DNA from: Squalus acanthias | Taxonomy: Eukaryota | Assembly: GCA_030390025.1 (NCBI GenBank) | Contig: CM059431.1 | Coordinates: 130,450,001 to 130,514,000, forward strand | Direction: 5' to 3' | DNA length: 64,000 bases | Shown: in pieces, positions 37,393 through 49,017 of the stretch | How the letters are laid out: each line of letters starts with the position of its first letter | Position numbering within the stretch: the first letter of the stretch is position 1 | Program-made: the position numbers and the translations under genes | The notes under the pieces: model-generated | What the model saw: the letters and a program-made list of their open reading frames with translations, nothing else | What the model was told of the DNA's origin: nothing | Databases searched by the model: none

Positions 37393-38799
37393 TAGAGACT
37401 TTGGTCTTTCCAATATTTAGTTGGAGGAAATTTCTGTTCATCCAGTACTGGACAAGCTGTCTGACAAGTTAAAGACAGTGGAGGAGGTCGCGAGAAGTGT
37501 TGGTGAAGTAGAGCTGTGTGTCGTCAGCGTACATGTGGAAACTGACGCTGTGTTTTCGGATGTTGTCGCTGAGGGGCAGCATGTAGATGAGAAATATGAG
37601 GGGGCCAAGGATAGATCCTTGGGGGACACCAGAGGTAATAATGTGGGAGCGGGTAGAGAAGCCGTTGCAGGTGATTCTTTGACTACGATTAGACAGATTA
37701 AGAATGGAACCAGGTGAGTGCAGTCCCACCCAGCTGGACGACGGTGGGAAGGCTTTGGAGAAGGATGGAGTGGTCAACCATGTCAAAGGCTGCAGACAGG
37801 TCGAGAAGGAAGAGGAGGGATGATTTACCTTTGTCACAGTCACATCGGATGTCATTTGTGACTTTGATGAGAACCATTTCGGTACTGTGGAAGGGGCGGA
37901 AACCTGATGGAGGGATTCAAACATGGAGTTACGGGAGAGATGGTACGGATTTGGGAGACGACAACACGTTCAAAGATTTTGGAAAGCAAAGGGAGATTGG
38001 AGGTGAGGCAGTTTGCAAGGACGGAGGGTCAAGGGTTGGTTTTTTGAGGAGAGGGTGATGACGGCATATTTGAATGAGAGGGGGGGACAGTACTTGAGGA
38101 GAGAGAACCAGTAACAGCGTCCGCTACATGGGAGCTAGAAAAGGAAGTTGGGTGGTCAGCAGTTTAGTGGGAATAGGGTCGAGGGAGCAGGAGGTGGGTC
38201 TCATGGACAAGATGTGCTTGGAGAGGGCGTGAGGGGAGATTGGAGAGAAACTGGAGAAAGATGCGAGTTAAAGACTAGGTCAGGGAGGAACCTTAGAGGA
38301 AGTTTGGCCCAGTGGGCTAGGGGAAGGAAGGGAAGTGGCAGAGGCAGCTGATCGAATGGTCTCAATCTTAGAGACAAAGAAGTCCAGGAGCTCCTCGCAC
38401 TTGTTGTTGGAGACAGGGGATAGGGGTTTAAGAAGACGGTTTGCAGTAGAGAAAAGAAGCCGGGGGTTATCTTTGCATGCTAGAATGATCCTGGAATAGT
38501 GAGCAGTTTTGGCAGACGAGAGCAGGACCCGATAGTGCTTTATGTGATCCAGCCAGATCTGGCGGTGAATAACTAAACCAGTTATCTGCCATATCTGTTC
38601 AAGTGTGCATCCCTTGGACTTAAGGGAACGGAAGTGAGGGCCGTCCCAGGGGAACAGCCAGGGTGAGAGAGAGAGAGAGTAATTGTTTTAATGGGGACTA
38701 GGGCATCAAAGGTGGTGGTGAGAGTGTGGTTAAGCAGAAAAGTTGTGGTGAATGGAGGGCAAAAGGCTAGACAGTTGGGATTTTTAAAGTGCACATCTT

Positions 38800-39352
38800 C
38801 ACTGCTCTGAGGAAAACAAGCCCAGCTTCTCTAGTCTCTCCACTTAACTGAAGTGCCGCATCTCCGGTACCATCCTCTGCACCCTTTCTAAGGCCTTGAC
38901 TTCCTTCCTAAAGTGTGGTGCCCAGAATTGGCCACAATACACCAGCTGGGGCCTAACCAGTGATTTATAAAGGTTTAGCATAACTTTCTTGCTTTTGTAC
39001 TCAATGCCTCTAATAATAAAACCAAGGATCCCATATACTTTTATAACAGCCTTCTCAACTTGTCCTGCCACCTTCAAAGATTTGTGTACGTCTCTCTGTT
39101 CCTGCACCCCCTTTAAAATTGTACCATTTTGTTTATACTGCCTCTCCTCATTCTTTCTACCAAAATGCATCACTTCACAATTCTGTGTTAAATTTTATCT
39201 GCCATGTGTCTGGCCATTTCACCAGTCTGTCTATGTCCTCCTGAAGTCTGTTACTATACTCCTCACTGTTTTACTACATTTCTGAGTGTTGTGTCATCTG
39301 CAAACTTTAAAATAATGCCCTGTATATCCAAGTCCAGGTCATTAATATATAT
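38800..39352 (-). mobile_element. CR1 fragment
   Basis: YINDLD..KFADD and LVRPQL.YC.QFWAP motifs. Confidence 0.88.
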
Positions 39353-40719
39353 TGCTGGAGTGTTCCTTGCACACCAGCTTGCATTACAAAATTTAGTGAG
39401 GTCAGTTTTTGCTGCCACAGGCAATCGCTTCGCCGATTTTGCTGGACTTGCAAAGTCAGGGTTCCCATTTTCAAGCATACATGCTGACTTTTAATTAAGC
39501 TGCAACCTTTGTGTTTAAAACTGGTATTGAACACTAAGTGAAAGTGAGAGAAACAATAAACAAAAATGTAATTTTGGTCAGACTGAACTCGCAGCATAGA
39601 TAAACAGAAATAAAAATAGGGATGACTACTTTTGAGCTGAAATATCAAATATTATGAAATTAGTTCTTATATTAATGAATACCATTGTGCTTTTAATTTT
39701 AAAATAAATTTTCTGTGTCTTTATATCCTTTGCCTTTCACTGAGTCACACAGATCAAATTTGAAGAAACCACTGATTCCAGTAGTGTATATTCTGTACAC
39801 ACTAAGAAATACAGCGTACCAAGTAATCCAAAAACACAAAGTAAATAGTTTATTTAAAAAAGCAGTCTTATAATTATGTTCCGATGCCAATATTTGATAT
39901 TTGATGTCATTTGCCCTTCAATTTTTTTGAATTGAAAGACCAACACTGTCTTCTCACCTGTGTAGCCTACAATTACGATGGTCCATGTATTTACTGCATT
40001 TCAAAAAAGTATAAAATGTGAAGACAGATATGTTCATATTCCACAATTAACCTTTATAAAGTCTTAGCAATTATCCTTTATTTTGTTTTCAGAGACAACC
40101 AATGCCTTTTGGCTTTGTTCTCTGAAATTTAAATATATTAATTATTTGTCTATATCATAGTTTGTGTATTCTGATTTCAGAAAGCAGTGTCAGTTTTTTT
40201 CCTTGTAAGTGGAAAATTAGGAGATGTTATTTTAACTACTGCATAATAACAGATGGTGCAGTCAGTTTTGACATTTCTAAAATGCTGCTTCAATCAAAAG
40301 TAACGCATATACTTTCTATGCCAGCAGCTGCTCTGGCATGATCTGTAAGCATGCAATAAACTATGGTACATAAAATTACCCTCTAAAAAAAAGCCATTTT
40401 TCAAATTGACATTGGGCCCAATTTTCAATTCATAATTCAGTACTGATTGTAGCACTGTATGCATTAGGACAAACCACCTGTGTGCCCCTGCCCAGTACGT
40501 GAGCTTCCAGTCGGAGGTCAGCCCTCCAGGAGTGATGACAAGAACAAGTTAGGTGTTTTTCCAGAGAGATGAAGGAAAGATTACATAATGAAGAAAAAAT
40601 AAGTAAATAAATGGAGGATCTCTTTCTTTCACCACCCGTTTTAGTTCTTTTCCCTGAAGCGCATATGCATGCTCAGCATTTAAATTGCTCATGCGCATAA
40701 CACTGCACTTTTCTAAGTT

Positions 40720-41220
40720 AAGTGTCATTTGTCAGTCACAGACCAAATCCCCCAATGCATTTAAATCTGCTTGTAGTAGTTAAGTATTCTGTACAGTTCT
40801 GACTCTTGCACAAATCTTGGTATCATCTGCAAACTTGCAGATCACTCCCCAACCCCCCAACACCTACATCTAGATCATTAATGAAAATAGTAAATAGCAA
40901 TGGAACTAACATCAATCCCTGCAGGACGAGTCTCCAAGCAGATCCAAATTCATCTACAAGCACTTTCAACATCAGTTTTCAATCCAGTGCAGTAGATTAC
41001 CATTAATTCCAGAAGATTCAATCTTGTAGAGAAGTCTCTTTTGCGGTACCATATCAAAATCTTTCTGAAAGTTCAGGTAGACAATATATACCGGGTTTCC
41101 CTTATTAACTACCTGGTGACTTCTTCAAAAAAATACAGTCAATTTGGTAAAACAGAACCTTCTTTTTTGGAAACCATGTTGTGTGTCCCTGATATGGCCT
41201 TCTCTGTCTAAGTAGTCAAT
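40720..41220 (-). mobile_element. Old CR1 RT fragment
   Basis: QHGFQK.RFC.T.L, YLNFQKDFD and KFADDTK motifs; decayed. Confidence 0.7.
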
Positions 41221-41985
41221 GGGCCAGAAATTCGGCTTTCTGGCTTCCTGCGGGTGCAAGCATCGCGCGCGTACTTGCCTATCGCGCCTGCAGTTGTGCT
41301 TTGGGCCCACGAGGACTTCGGGTCCTGGGCCTCCTGCAGCTGCCGGCGCGCAGTGCTTGTGTATCCCAGGGGCGCAGTTAGTTCAAAGCGTCCCCTGGGA
41401 TCACGTGGGCCATGGAGAGCCAATCCTAGCAGGGCATTTTCATTCATAGATTTGACAGGACGACTTGTCAAATCTATGAATAGAGATCGGCCCCAAAACC
41501 ACACTTAAACTTCAAATAGATTTTTAAAATAACATCACATTTTTAAAATAACTATAAGTTACATAAATTAACTACTTTAAACAAAAATTAAAATTTTTGA
41601 AAAAATTAATTATACTTTTTAACGGTGCTAAAAATAAACTTACCTTTCTTTAAAGTATCTAAAAAAGATAAACCTGTTGAAATTTTTTTTAAATTGTAAT
41701 TAATTAACCACTTACCTTGTTAAAAACAGGCCTTGCGCCTCCTTTTTAAAAGTGCAGCTTCTTCATACTTACTTTCCCGGTGAAACCTGAAAAAAAACCT
41801 GAAGTTCGCTGCGTGCGCGCAGCCTCTCCCGCGCACGCGTTCAACTTCTGAACCCCTCCCTTCAGGGGAACGGAAGTTCCGGTTTCCCGCGCATGCGCAG
41901 TGCATGCAGGAAACCGGCACTTCAGATGGCCTTACGGGTGAGTACACGGCGCGTACTCACCCGACAACAGTCGAATTTCTGGCCC
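41221..41985 (+). mobile_element. Harbinger-type MITE family A, copy 3 (765 bp)
   Basis: TIR GGGCCAGAAATTCG; flanks AAT/ATT; near-identical to 12256-13019. Confidence 0.92.
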
Positions 41986-42536
41986 ATTATCTAAACATGA
42001 GGATGATAATCTTAAATTTGAGACATTAGGGGTTCAGGAGCCAATGTAGGTCAGCACGGACAGGGGTAATGGGTGAGCAGGACTTGGTGCAGTGTAGGAT
42101 ATGGGCAGCATAATTTTGTATGAGCTGAAGTTTACAGAGGGTGGAGGACTGGAAGCCGACCAGGAGAGCCTTTGAATAGTTAGGTCTGGAGGTGACAAAG
42201 GCATGGAGGAGGGTTTCAGCAGCAGATGAGCTGAGTTAGATGGGGAGGTAGGTGATGTTACGGAAGTGGAAGTAGGCAGTCTTTGTGATGGAGAGGATAT
42301 TATGTTTAAAACTTAGGGTTGAATATAATGCTGAGTCTGCGAACAGTCTGTTCAGTGGCTGGGGAGGAGGATGGAATCCGTGGCAAGGGTATGGAATTTA
42401 TGGTGGGTGCCTAAAACGATAGCTTTGGTCTTACCAATCTTTAGCTGGAAAAAATTATGGCTCATCCAAGATTGGATGTCAGATAAGTAGTCTGACAACG
42501 CAGTCAGTTGAGTGGTTGAGAGAGGTAGATCTGGGT

Positions 42537-43296
42537 TAACAACAGAAAATGCTGGAAACACTCAGCAGGCCAGGCAGCATCCGTGGAGAGAGAAACAGAG
42601 TTAACGTTTCAGGTCTGGGACCCTTCATCAGAACTGGAAAAAGCTGGAGATGTATCAGATATTAAGCAGGTGCAGAGACGGTGGGTGGGGTGGGGGGGTG
42701 GGGGGGGCTGGGGGAGGGGAGGAAGGAATTGAAGGAATATACTGTGCTTTTGTAAGAGGCAGGAAAGATAAAATGTTGCAAATGGGGATGGCAAAATCAT
42801 ACAGCATGAAAAATGGGGGCAGGGGTTATAGTTTGAAATTGTTGAACTCAATGTTGAGTCCAGAAGGCTGTAAAGTGCCTAATCGAAAGATGAGGTGCTG
42901 TTCCTCGAGCTTACATTGAGCTTCATTAGAACAATGTAATAGGCGGAGGACAGAGAGATCAAAGTGGGAATGAAGCGGTGAATTAAAGTGACAGGCGACC
43001 GGAAGCTCAGGGTCACCCTTACGGACTGAACGGAGGTGTTCCGCAAAGCGGTCGCCCAATCTGCGTTTGGTCTCCCCAATATAGAGGAGACCGCATCGTA
43101 AGCAGCGAATACAGTATACTAAATTGTAAGTACAAGTAAATCACTGTTTCACCTGGAAGAGGTGTTTGGGACCCTGGACAGTGGGAAGGGAGGAGGTAAA
43201 AGGGCATGTGTTGCATCTCCTGTGCTTGCACGGGAAGGTGCAAGGGCTGTTAGGGGTGATTGAAGAGTGGACCAGGGTGTCGCAGAGGGAGTGGTC
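42537..43296 (-). mobile_element. 5'-truncated Penelope-like element (GIY-YIG endonuclease, Neptune-like Cys motif)
   Basis: FPCK.RRCNTC...NLVYCIRC..CGLLYIGETKRRLGDRFAEH...EQHLIFRLGTLQPSGLN; CTGGGT TSD (42531-36, 43297-302). Confidence 0.9.
42599..42635 (-). ncRNA. Minimal type-I hammerhead ribozyme motif
   Basis: AGUU-CUGAUGA-A-GGGUC(cca)GACCU-GAAA-CG-UU-AACU; palindromic stem III AACGUU. Confidence 0.8.
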
Positions 43297-43364
43297 CTGG
43301 GTGTTGTCAGCATATATGTGGAAGCTAATCCAAGTCCATAGATAATGTCGCCAGGAGGCAGCAT

Positions 43365-43676
43365 ATCACAGAATCACAACAGTGCAGATAGAGGCCATTT
43401 CGGCCCATCGAGCCTGCACCGACACATATCCCACCCTATCCCCATAACCCCACGTATTTAATCCCCCTAACACTAAGGGTCAATTTATCATAGCCAAATC
43501 AACCTAACCCGCACATCTTTGGACTGTGGGAGGAAAACGGAGCACCCGGAGGAAACCCACGCAGACACGGGGAGAATGTGCAAACTCCACACAGACAGTC
43601 ACCCGAGGCCGGATTCGAACCCGGGTCCCTGGCGCTGTGAGGCAACAGTGCTAACCACTATGCCACCGTGTTGCCC
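43365..43676 (-). mobile_element. HE1-type V-SINE (tRNA-derived, CR1-like tail)
   Basis: Head GGGCAACACGGTGGCATAGTGG...GGTTCGAATCC; V-domain TGTGGAGTTTGCACATTCTCCCCGTG...CCCACAGTCCAAAG; tail GATGGGCCGAAATGGCCTC. Confidence 0.9.
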
Positions 43677-45695
43677 TTTATAGACAAGGAAGAAGAGGGG
43701 GACCAAGGATAGATCTTTTGGGTGACCCCCGGAGGTAAAAGTGTGGGAACAGAAGCCATTGCTGGAGGTACTCTGGCTATGAACGGGCAGGTAAAAACCA
43801 AGTTAGGGTAGTCCTACTGAGCTGGACAAGGAAGGAGAGGTGTTGGATATTGTGGTTGACTCTGTCAAAGGTTGCAGATACTCCACCACTGATACCACAA
43901 CATCAGGTTATAGATGCATTGCCAAAAGCAAAGCCATCCTGTTCAGCTCTTGCCTGAAATTTTGCACTTTAGCCCCTGATTCCATTCTCTTTCATAGCTG
44001 CTCACTCATGGTGCATGATCTTGACCCAGCTTGCACCTCTGATCTATTGTGTGTCCCCCTCTCTCCTTCTGCTCCGCAATTAGTGGCAGAGTCTTCAGTC
44101 ATTCTCACAAGCACTCTTGAATTCTCTTCTTAAACCTCTTGGCATTGCTACACCTCTCCAAATTCAAATGCAGCTGTAAGACTCCCTAATTCTATTCCTT
44201 GTTCATTCTTGTTGTGTGGCATAAGGAGATCCGAGAAAGTGAAAAGGAGTACTTCAAAAAGAGGAAGATTCCAAGTCAGTGGTGGAGCCCTTAGCATTCT
44301 CAGGATAGGGAAAGCCATGGTTCCTGTTCCGGATCACTATCCAGCAACCTGTGTTGAAAAAGTGTGTGCATGTGGACCCAGAGAACAGCGTTTGCTCAAT
44401 TGTAATGGCTCCAGTGTCAAGCAGTCTGCTGACCCTCATTCTCCAGGCTCACGTATAAAAATCGGCTTCTTGGACAAATGTTCACTGTTCCTGAAGAATG
44501 GTACTTCTGCATGAATCTTGGGAAGCGGAAGTGCTGGGGAGAAATATTAGAGGAGGAAATAAAAGGGAGAATCTCATTCATTGTAAACAAAAAAAAAGTC
44601 ATTTCATAGAATTATAGAATAGTCCAGCACAGAAGGTGACCATTTGGCTCATCGAGTCCGTATCAGCTCTTGTAAAGAGCAATCCAGTTAGTCCCACTCG
44701 TCCACTTTTTCCCCATATCCCTGCAATTTTTCTCCAAGTATTTATCCAATTCCCTTTTGAAGGTTACGATAGAATCTGCCTCCACCACCCTATCAGGCAC
44801 TGCATTCCAAATCCTAACCACTCGTTGCATAAAAAAGTTTTTCCTCATGTTGCCTCTGGTTCTTTTGCCAATCACCTGAAATCTGTGCCATCTGGTTATT
44901 GACCCTTCAACCATTGGAAACAGTTTCACTATCTAAACCCTTCATGATTTTAAAAACCTCTATCAAATCTCCTCTTAGCCTTCTATGCACTAAGGAGAAC
45001 AACCCCAGCTTCTCCAGTCTATCCACATAACTGTGACCCCTTATCCCTCGAACCATTCTAGTTAATCTCTTCTGTACCCTCTCCAAAGCCTTCATGTCCT
45101 TCCTAAAGTGCGGTGCCCAGAATTGGACACAATACTCCAGCTGGGGGCGAACTAGTAATTTATGTAGGGTTTTTGTACTCTATGGGGTAAAAATTCACTT
45201 GGTTGCGCCTCCCGTTAGCGCCTTAAGAGGGCGCTAATGGGGCGTTAAGCCGCTAACGCCCGGGCGCAGCGCTGTTTGCGCCGCTCGAGAACTTAACTTG
45301 AGATTGTGCGGCGGCGCTAAAACTTACCGCTGCGACCACCTGCGCGCGCAGATTGTGACGTCATTCCATGGTGCAACGCCCTTGGGGCGCCCCGGAGCGG
45401 AAATTGAGTGGCGCCCCCTGCCTTACCGCCTGGCGCTTCCAACGACCGGAAGACTGGAACGGTATCAATCGGTGTGGGGCTGGGGGGGGCGCTATTTAAA
45501 GGGGGCCTCTTCCTGTCTTTTTCTGTGGTCGACATTTATGCACCACTCGTTCTGAGAGAGAGAGAGAGATTCGGAGAGAGAGAGAGAGAGACTTCTACAT
45601 TGACTCAACGCTTTGTGAGGTAGTTTTGCCTAGTTCATCCTAACTTTGTTGCTACTTTAGTTGCTGTACCTCATTACTTTTCTGGCAAAGAGAAT

Positions 45696-46847
45696 ATGGG
45701 GGCTGCAATGATTGGGGGCGTCGTCCTGCTCCAGCTGAATCGGAGGATACTGAGACGCAGACAGAGAGTGGCAATGATGGCCAGACGGAGGAGGGCCATC
45801 AGGCGCATGTACAGGAGAGCTTACCCTCCCAGGGTATATCGTGAACAGCTCTCCTACATCCATATGTCCGAGGAGCTGTGTTTGCGAAGGCTGCGATTCA
45901 GCAAGGAGGTGGTCACTGAGCTCTGCCACCTGCTGCAGCCAGATCTGCAGCCTCAGCTGAGGTCCAGGACGTCTCTGTCGGTGGCAGTGAAGGTCACAGT
46001 GGCTTTGAACTTCTACGCCACTGGCTCATTCCAAGCTGCTGTTGGGGACCTCGCCAATATCTCCCAGTTTGCGGTGCATCGCTGCATCCGGCAGGTCACC
46101 AATGCCCTCTTCAGAAGGAGACGAGACTTCATCTCTTTCCCTATGACCCCAGACAAGCAGCGTGACCGTGCTCTGGGCTTTGCGAGGGTAGCGGGCTTCC
46201 CCATGGTGCAGGGCGCCATTGACTGCACGCATGTGGCTTTGCGTGCTCCGCGAGAGAATGCAGAGGAATTCAGGAACAGAAAGGGGTTCCATTCCTTGAA
46301 TGTGCAGTTGGTCTGTGACCACAGACAGGTGATACTCGCTGTCAATGCCCACTATCCGGGCAGCTGCCACGATGCTTTCATCCTGCGCCAGACTACTGTG
46401 GCAGAAGTTTTCGAGGCACCGCATCAGCCAGTTGGTTGGCTTCTGGGGGACAAGGGGTACGCATTGAGCACCTGGCTGATGACACCGCTCCGTACGCCAA
46501 ACACCCCTGCTGAGCTGCGGTACAATGAAAGCCATCAAGCAACCAGGAACATTATTGAGCGCACAATCGGCGTGCTGAAACAACGGTTCCGCTGTCTGGA
46601 CCATTCCGGAGGAGCCCTGCAGTACTCGCCTGAGCAAGTTTCGAACTTCGTAGTCGTGTGCTGCATGTTGCACAACATGGCAATCCTCAGGACCCAGCCA
46701 ATGCCACCAGGCCTTGTAGCACCACCAGAGGAGGAGGAGGAAGAGGACGAGGACGATGATCATCAGCAGCACCAAGGCAGGAGGGCGGCCCACAATGGTC
46801 AAACTGCAAGGGCCGTCCGTCAACGACTAATAGCAAGCCGCTTCTAG
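45696..46847 (+). CDS. Harbinger DDE transposase (HARBI1-like, DDE_Tnp_4), 383 aa, intact
   Basis: GAIDCTH, NRKGFHSLNVQ, GSCHDAF, LGDKGY and IERTIGVLKQRF motifs, uninterrupted. TATA-like gctatttaaagg at ~45491. Confidence 0.95.
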   Translation: MGAAMIGGVVLLQLNRRILRRRQRVAMMARRRRAIRRMYRRAYPPRVYREQLSYIHMSEELCLRRLRFSKEVVTELCHLLQPDLQPQLRSRTSLSVAVKVTVALNFYATGSFQAAVGDLANISQFAVHRCIRQVTNALFRRRRDFISFPMTPDKQRDRALGFARVAGFPMVQGAIDCTHVALRAPRENAEEFRNRKGFHSLNVQLVCDHRQVILAVNAHYPGSCHDAFILRQTTVAEVFEAPHQPVGWLLGDKGYALSTWLMTPLRTPNTPAELRYNESHQATRNIIERTIGVLKQRFRCLDHSGGALQYSPEQVSNFVVVCCMLHNMAILRTQPMPPGLVAPPEEEEEEDEDDDHQQHQGRRAAHNGQTARAVRQRLIASRF

Positions 46848-47141
46848 GGCCCCTGCCATTGCTACAAACACTAATCAACCCAGCACGCAACCCCTAAGCC
46901 GGCCAAGGCACCAATAATTCCAACCACCAGCCATGTATATTTTGAATACAGAAACTTATTTATTTTACAAACTCTGTGTGTGTCAATTCCTCATGACAAA
47001 CTCATAGAAATAAACACAAAAAAACAGTCAATAACATAACTGGTTCTCACAACCTGGAGATAATGTCCAAAACACTAAACAAAAGTTGGACCATGAACCT
47101 CGGCCTTTAATAAAAAAATGACTAGCATTTTGGCACACCTC

Positions 47142-49017
47142 CTACTTTTTGCCCTTCGAGGGTGATCTCCTTCCCTTGCGCACTTCCCCCCTTCTAACCC
47201 TACTGCTCCTCCGTAATGGGACCTCAGTGGCTGCAGCAAGGCTGGTGGAAGGCTGCTGCTCGTCAGACCCTGACACTGCAGATGCCCCTGAAGGACGGCC
47301 TCGACCACTTCTGGGCCTGGAGGGCCCGGCTGCAGACTGCACCAACTCTGCATGGGCGGCAGCAGTCTGTCCTACAGGCGGTGGCAAGTGCAGTGGAGAA
47401 GTGACAGTGTTGGCAGCAGGAATGCTGTCATCGTGAGAGAGGCCAGCAACTCCCTGCTCGCCCGACACACTGGCACTCCCACGGGGCAGCACTTCAGCAT
47501 CCGGAGCAATTTGCCGGAGAACAGATTGCTGGCCTGCTGCGGCGCGGTGACAGCCCCGGGGACATGTGCACGAACCATCGAGGTTGGCAGCAGTCTGTGC
47601 TCGCGTGGCCTCCATCTGAGTCTGTATGAGAGCAGTCAGAGGTGGGATCACGGCAGCCAGTGACTGAATTGCAGCACTAAGCGTTAGTGTGGCATCCGCC
47701 TGTGCTACAGCGAAGTGCTCCACACTCCTTGCCAGTGACTCAATGCAATCGGGCACCCTTCCCACTGCACCCATGAGCTCAGTGTGCATGCCCACCGCCT
47801 GGGTGTTCATTTCTGCAATCAGCCGCTCCTCCTCTGCGTCCATTGCAGTAGGAGTGTCTGGCATACTCTCCCTCTGGGGAGAAGGCCCCCGTTCTTCCCT
47901 ACCCCCCCATGGCGTTGCTGCAGCCCGCTGGGTCCTGGAGGTTCACCATCATCAGCCCCTTCCCCCCTGCTCCCCTCCGGGGAAGGCGTGTTCCCAGTGT
48001 GGGCATGGGCTTCCTCGGGAGAGGGTGGCACTGATGCTCCGGCTTCCTCTTCCTCCTCAGCTGCAGCATCACTCCCAGTGGCAGCTTCAGGGCCCGTCTC
48101 CTCAGCTGGTGAATCACCATCTGAAAGCAGGGAGGTACAAGAGTGGCTTTAGCGTGAGGACAGGGTGGCAGTAAGGGAGGAATAAGTGCAGCGAGTTAGC
48201 AAGTTGGATTGAAAGTGTCAAAGGCTGGTATTGTGAGGGACAAGTGGAAGGACAGAGGACAAAAAGGTGATGACCTTACCATTGCTGTCCACAACGGGGT
48301 CGGCGTCTCCAGTGGCGACGGGACCGATCACCCGGCTTGCCACAATCCTGTGGACGCGCTCCTCCAGATCGCTGAGGGGTTGCAGCTGAAGCCGCCCTCC
48401 ACCCGTCCGTTGCTGCTGTCTCCGATTATGAGCCAGCTTAGCCTGCAAGAAAAAGGACAGCATCTGAGTAAATATACAGCCATGGTCTTGCCTGATGTGC
48501 CTCCCATAGATGAATAGCCCTTACAATATACAGCCATGGTCTTGCCTGATGTGCCTCCCATAGGTGAATAGCCCTTACAATATACAGCCATGGTCTTGCC
48601 TGATGTGCCTCCCATAGGTGAATAGCCCTTACTGTATGCAAAGTGTGGAATGTGTGTGTGTGTTTGATGAAAGGGCCATAGGTGTTGGATGAGTGTTGTG
48701 CATTGGGGTTTTAAGACCCTCTGGCCATAGAGTGAGGTTGAGATGGAGGGATGGAGAGGTATTGAGAAAAAGCCACTCACCCTGACGACCCGAGTGAGGT
48801 CGTTGAACTTTTTGCGGCATTGAACATGGGTCCTGGGCACCATGCTCCTGGAGGAGACGCTCTGAGCCACCTCCCTCCACACTCTTCTGAACTCGCGTGG
48901 CAAAGGCCTCCTGCCACTCTCCGGGAACAGCATGCATCGTCTGCGCTCCACTGCGTCAACCAGAGCATCCAAGGCCCGCTCGGTGAAGCGATGAGCGCGT
49001 TCTCTCACCCTCTCCAT
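47142..49017 (-). CDS. Harbinger Myb/SANT-like DNA-binding protein, 3 exons (49017-48781, 48442-48280, 48120-47142), one frameshift in exon 3
   Basis: Exon 1 encodes RFTERALDALV...WREVA...RT..QCRKKFNDL. GT-AG sites have compatible phases (0, 1). The frame shifts near the G7 run at 47902-47908 into MPDTP...KGKK*. Confidence 0.85.
48471..48632. repeat. 3 x 54-bp tandem repeat in Myb intron 1
   Basis: aatatacagccatggtcttgcctgatgtgcctcccatag(a/g)tgaatagcccttac at 48471, 48525 and 48579. Confidence 0.95.

Larger units (their letters stand above)
34013..38790 (-). mobile_element. L2 LINE (pieces 34013-34570 and 37393-38790) interrupted by a MITE and a CR1
   Basis: 3' UTR and C-terminus at 34013-34570; [18 protein letters not shown] and WMNRNFLQLNIGKT at 37393-37900. 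Confidence 0.85.
42000..43880 (-). mobile_element. L2 RT fragments interrupted by a Penelope-like element and an HE1 SINE
   Basis: SWMSHNFFQLKIGKTK near 42400-42480; HIYADNTQ continues after 43297. Confidence 0.75.

Noticed and set aside
43600..43676. tRNA gene (also 26875-26947)
   Set aside because: The A/B-box heads continue directly into SINE bodies and lack a proper cloverleaf.
46013..46823. Long antisense ORFs over the transposase and the LINEs
   Set aside because: Shadow frames of real or decayed coding sequence on the opposite strand.
45696..46847. Domesticated HARBI1 gene
   Set aside because: It lies within TIRs and a TSD with a Myb partner, inserted in a CR1, so it is a transposon copy.
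48485..48630. Hammerhead-like CUGAUG-stem-GAA in the 54-bp repeat
   Set aside because: Reads CUGAUGU and GAAU, so conserved A9 and A15.1 are missing, and no stem I or III can form.
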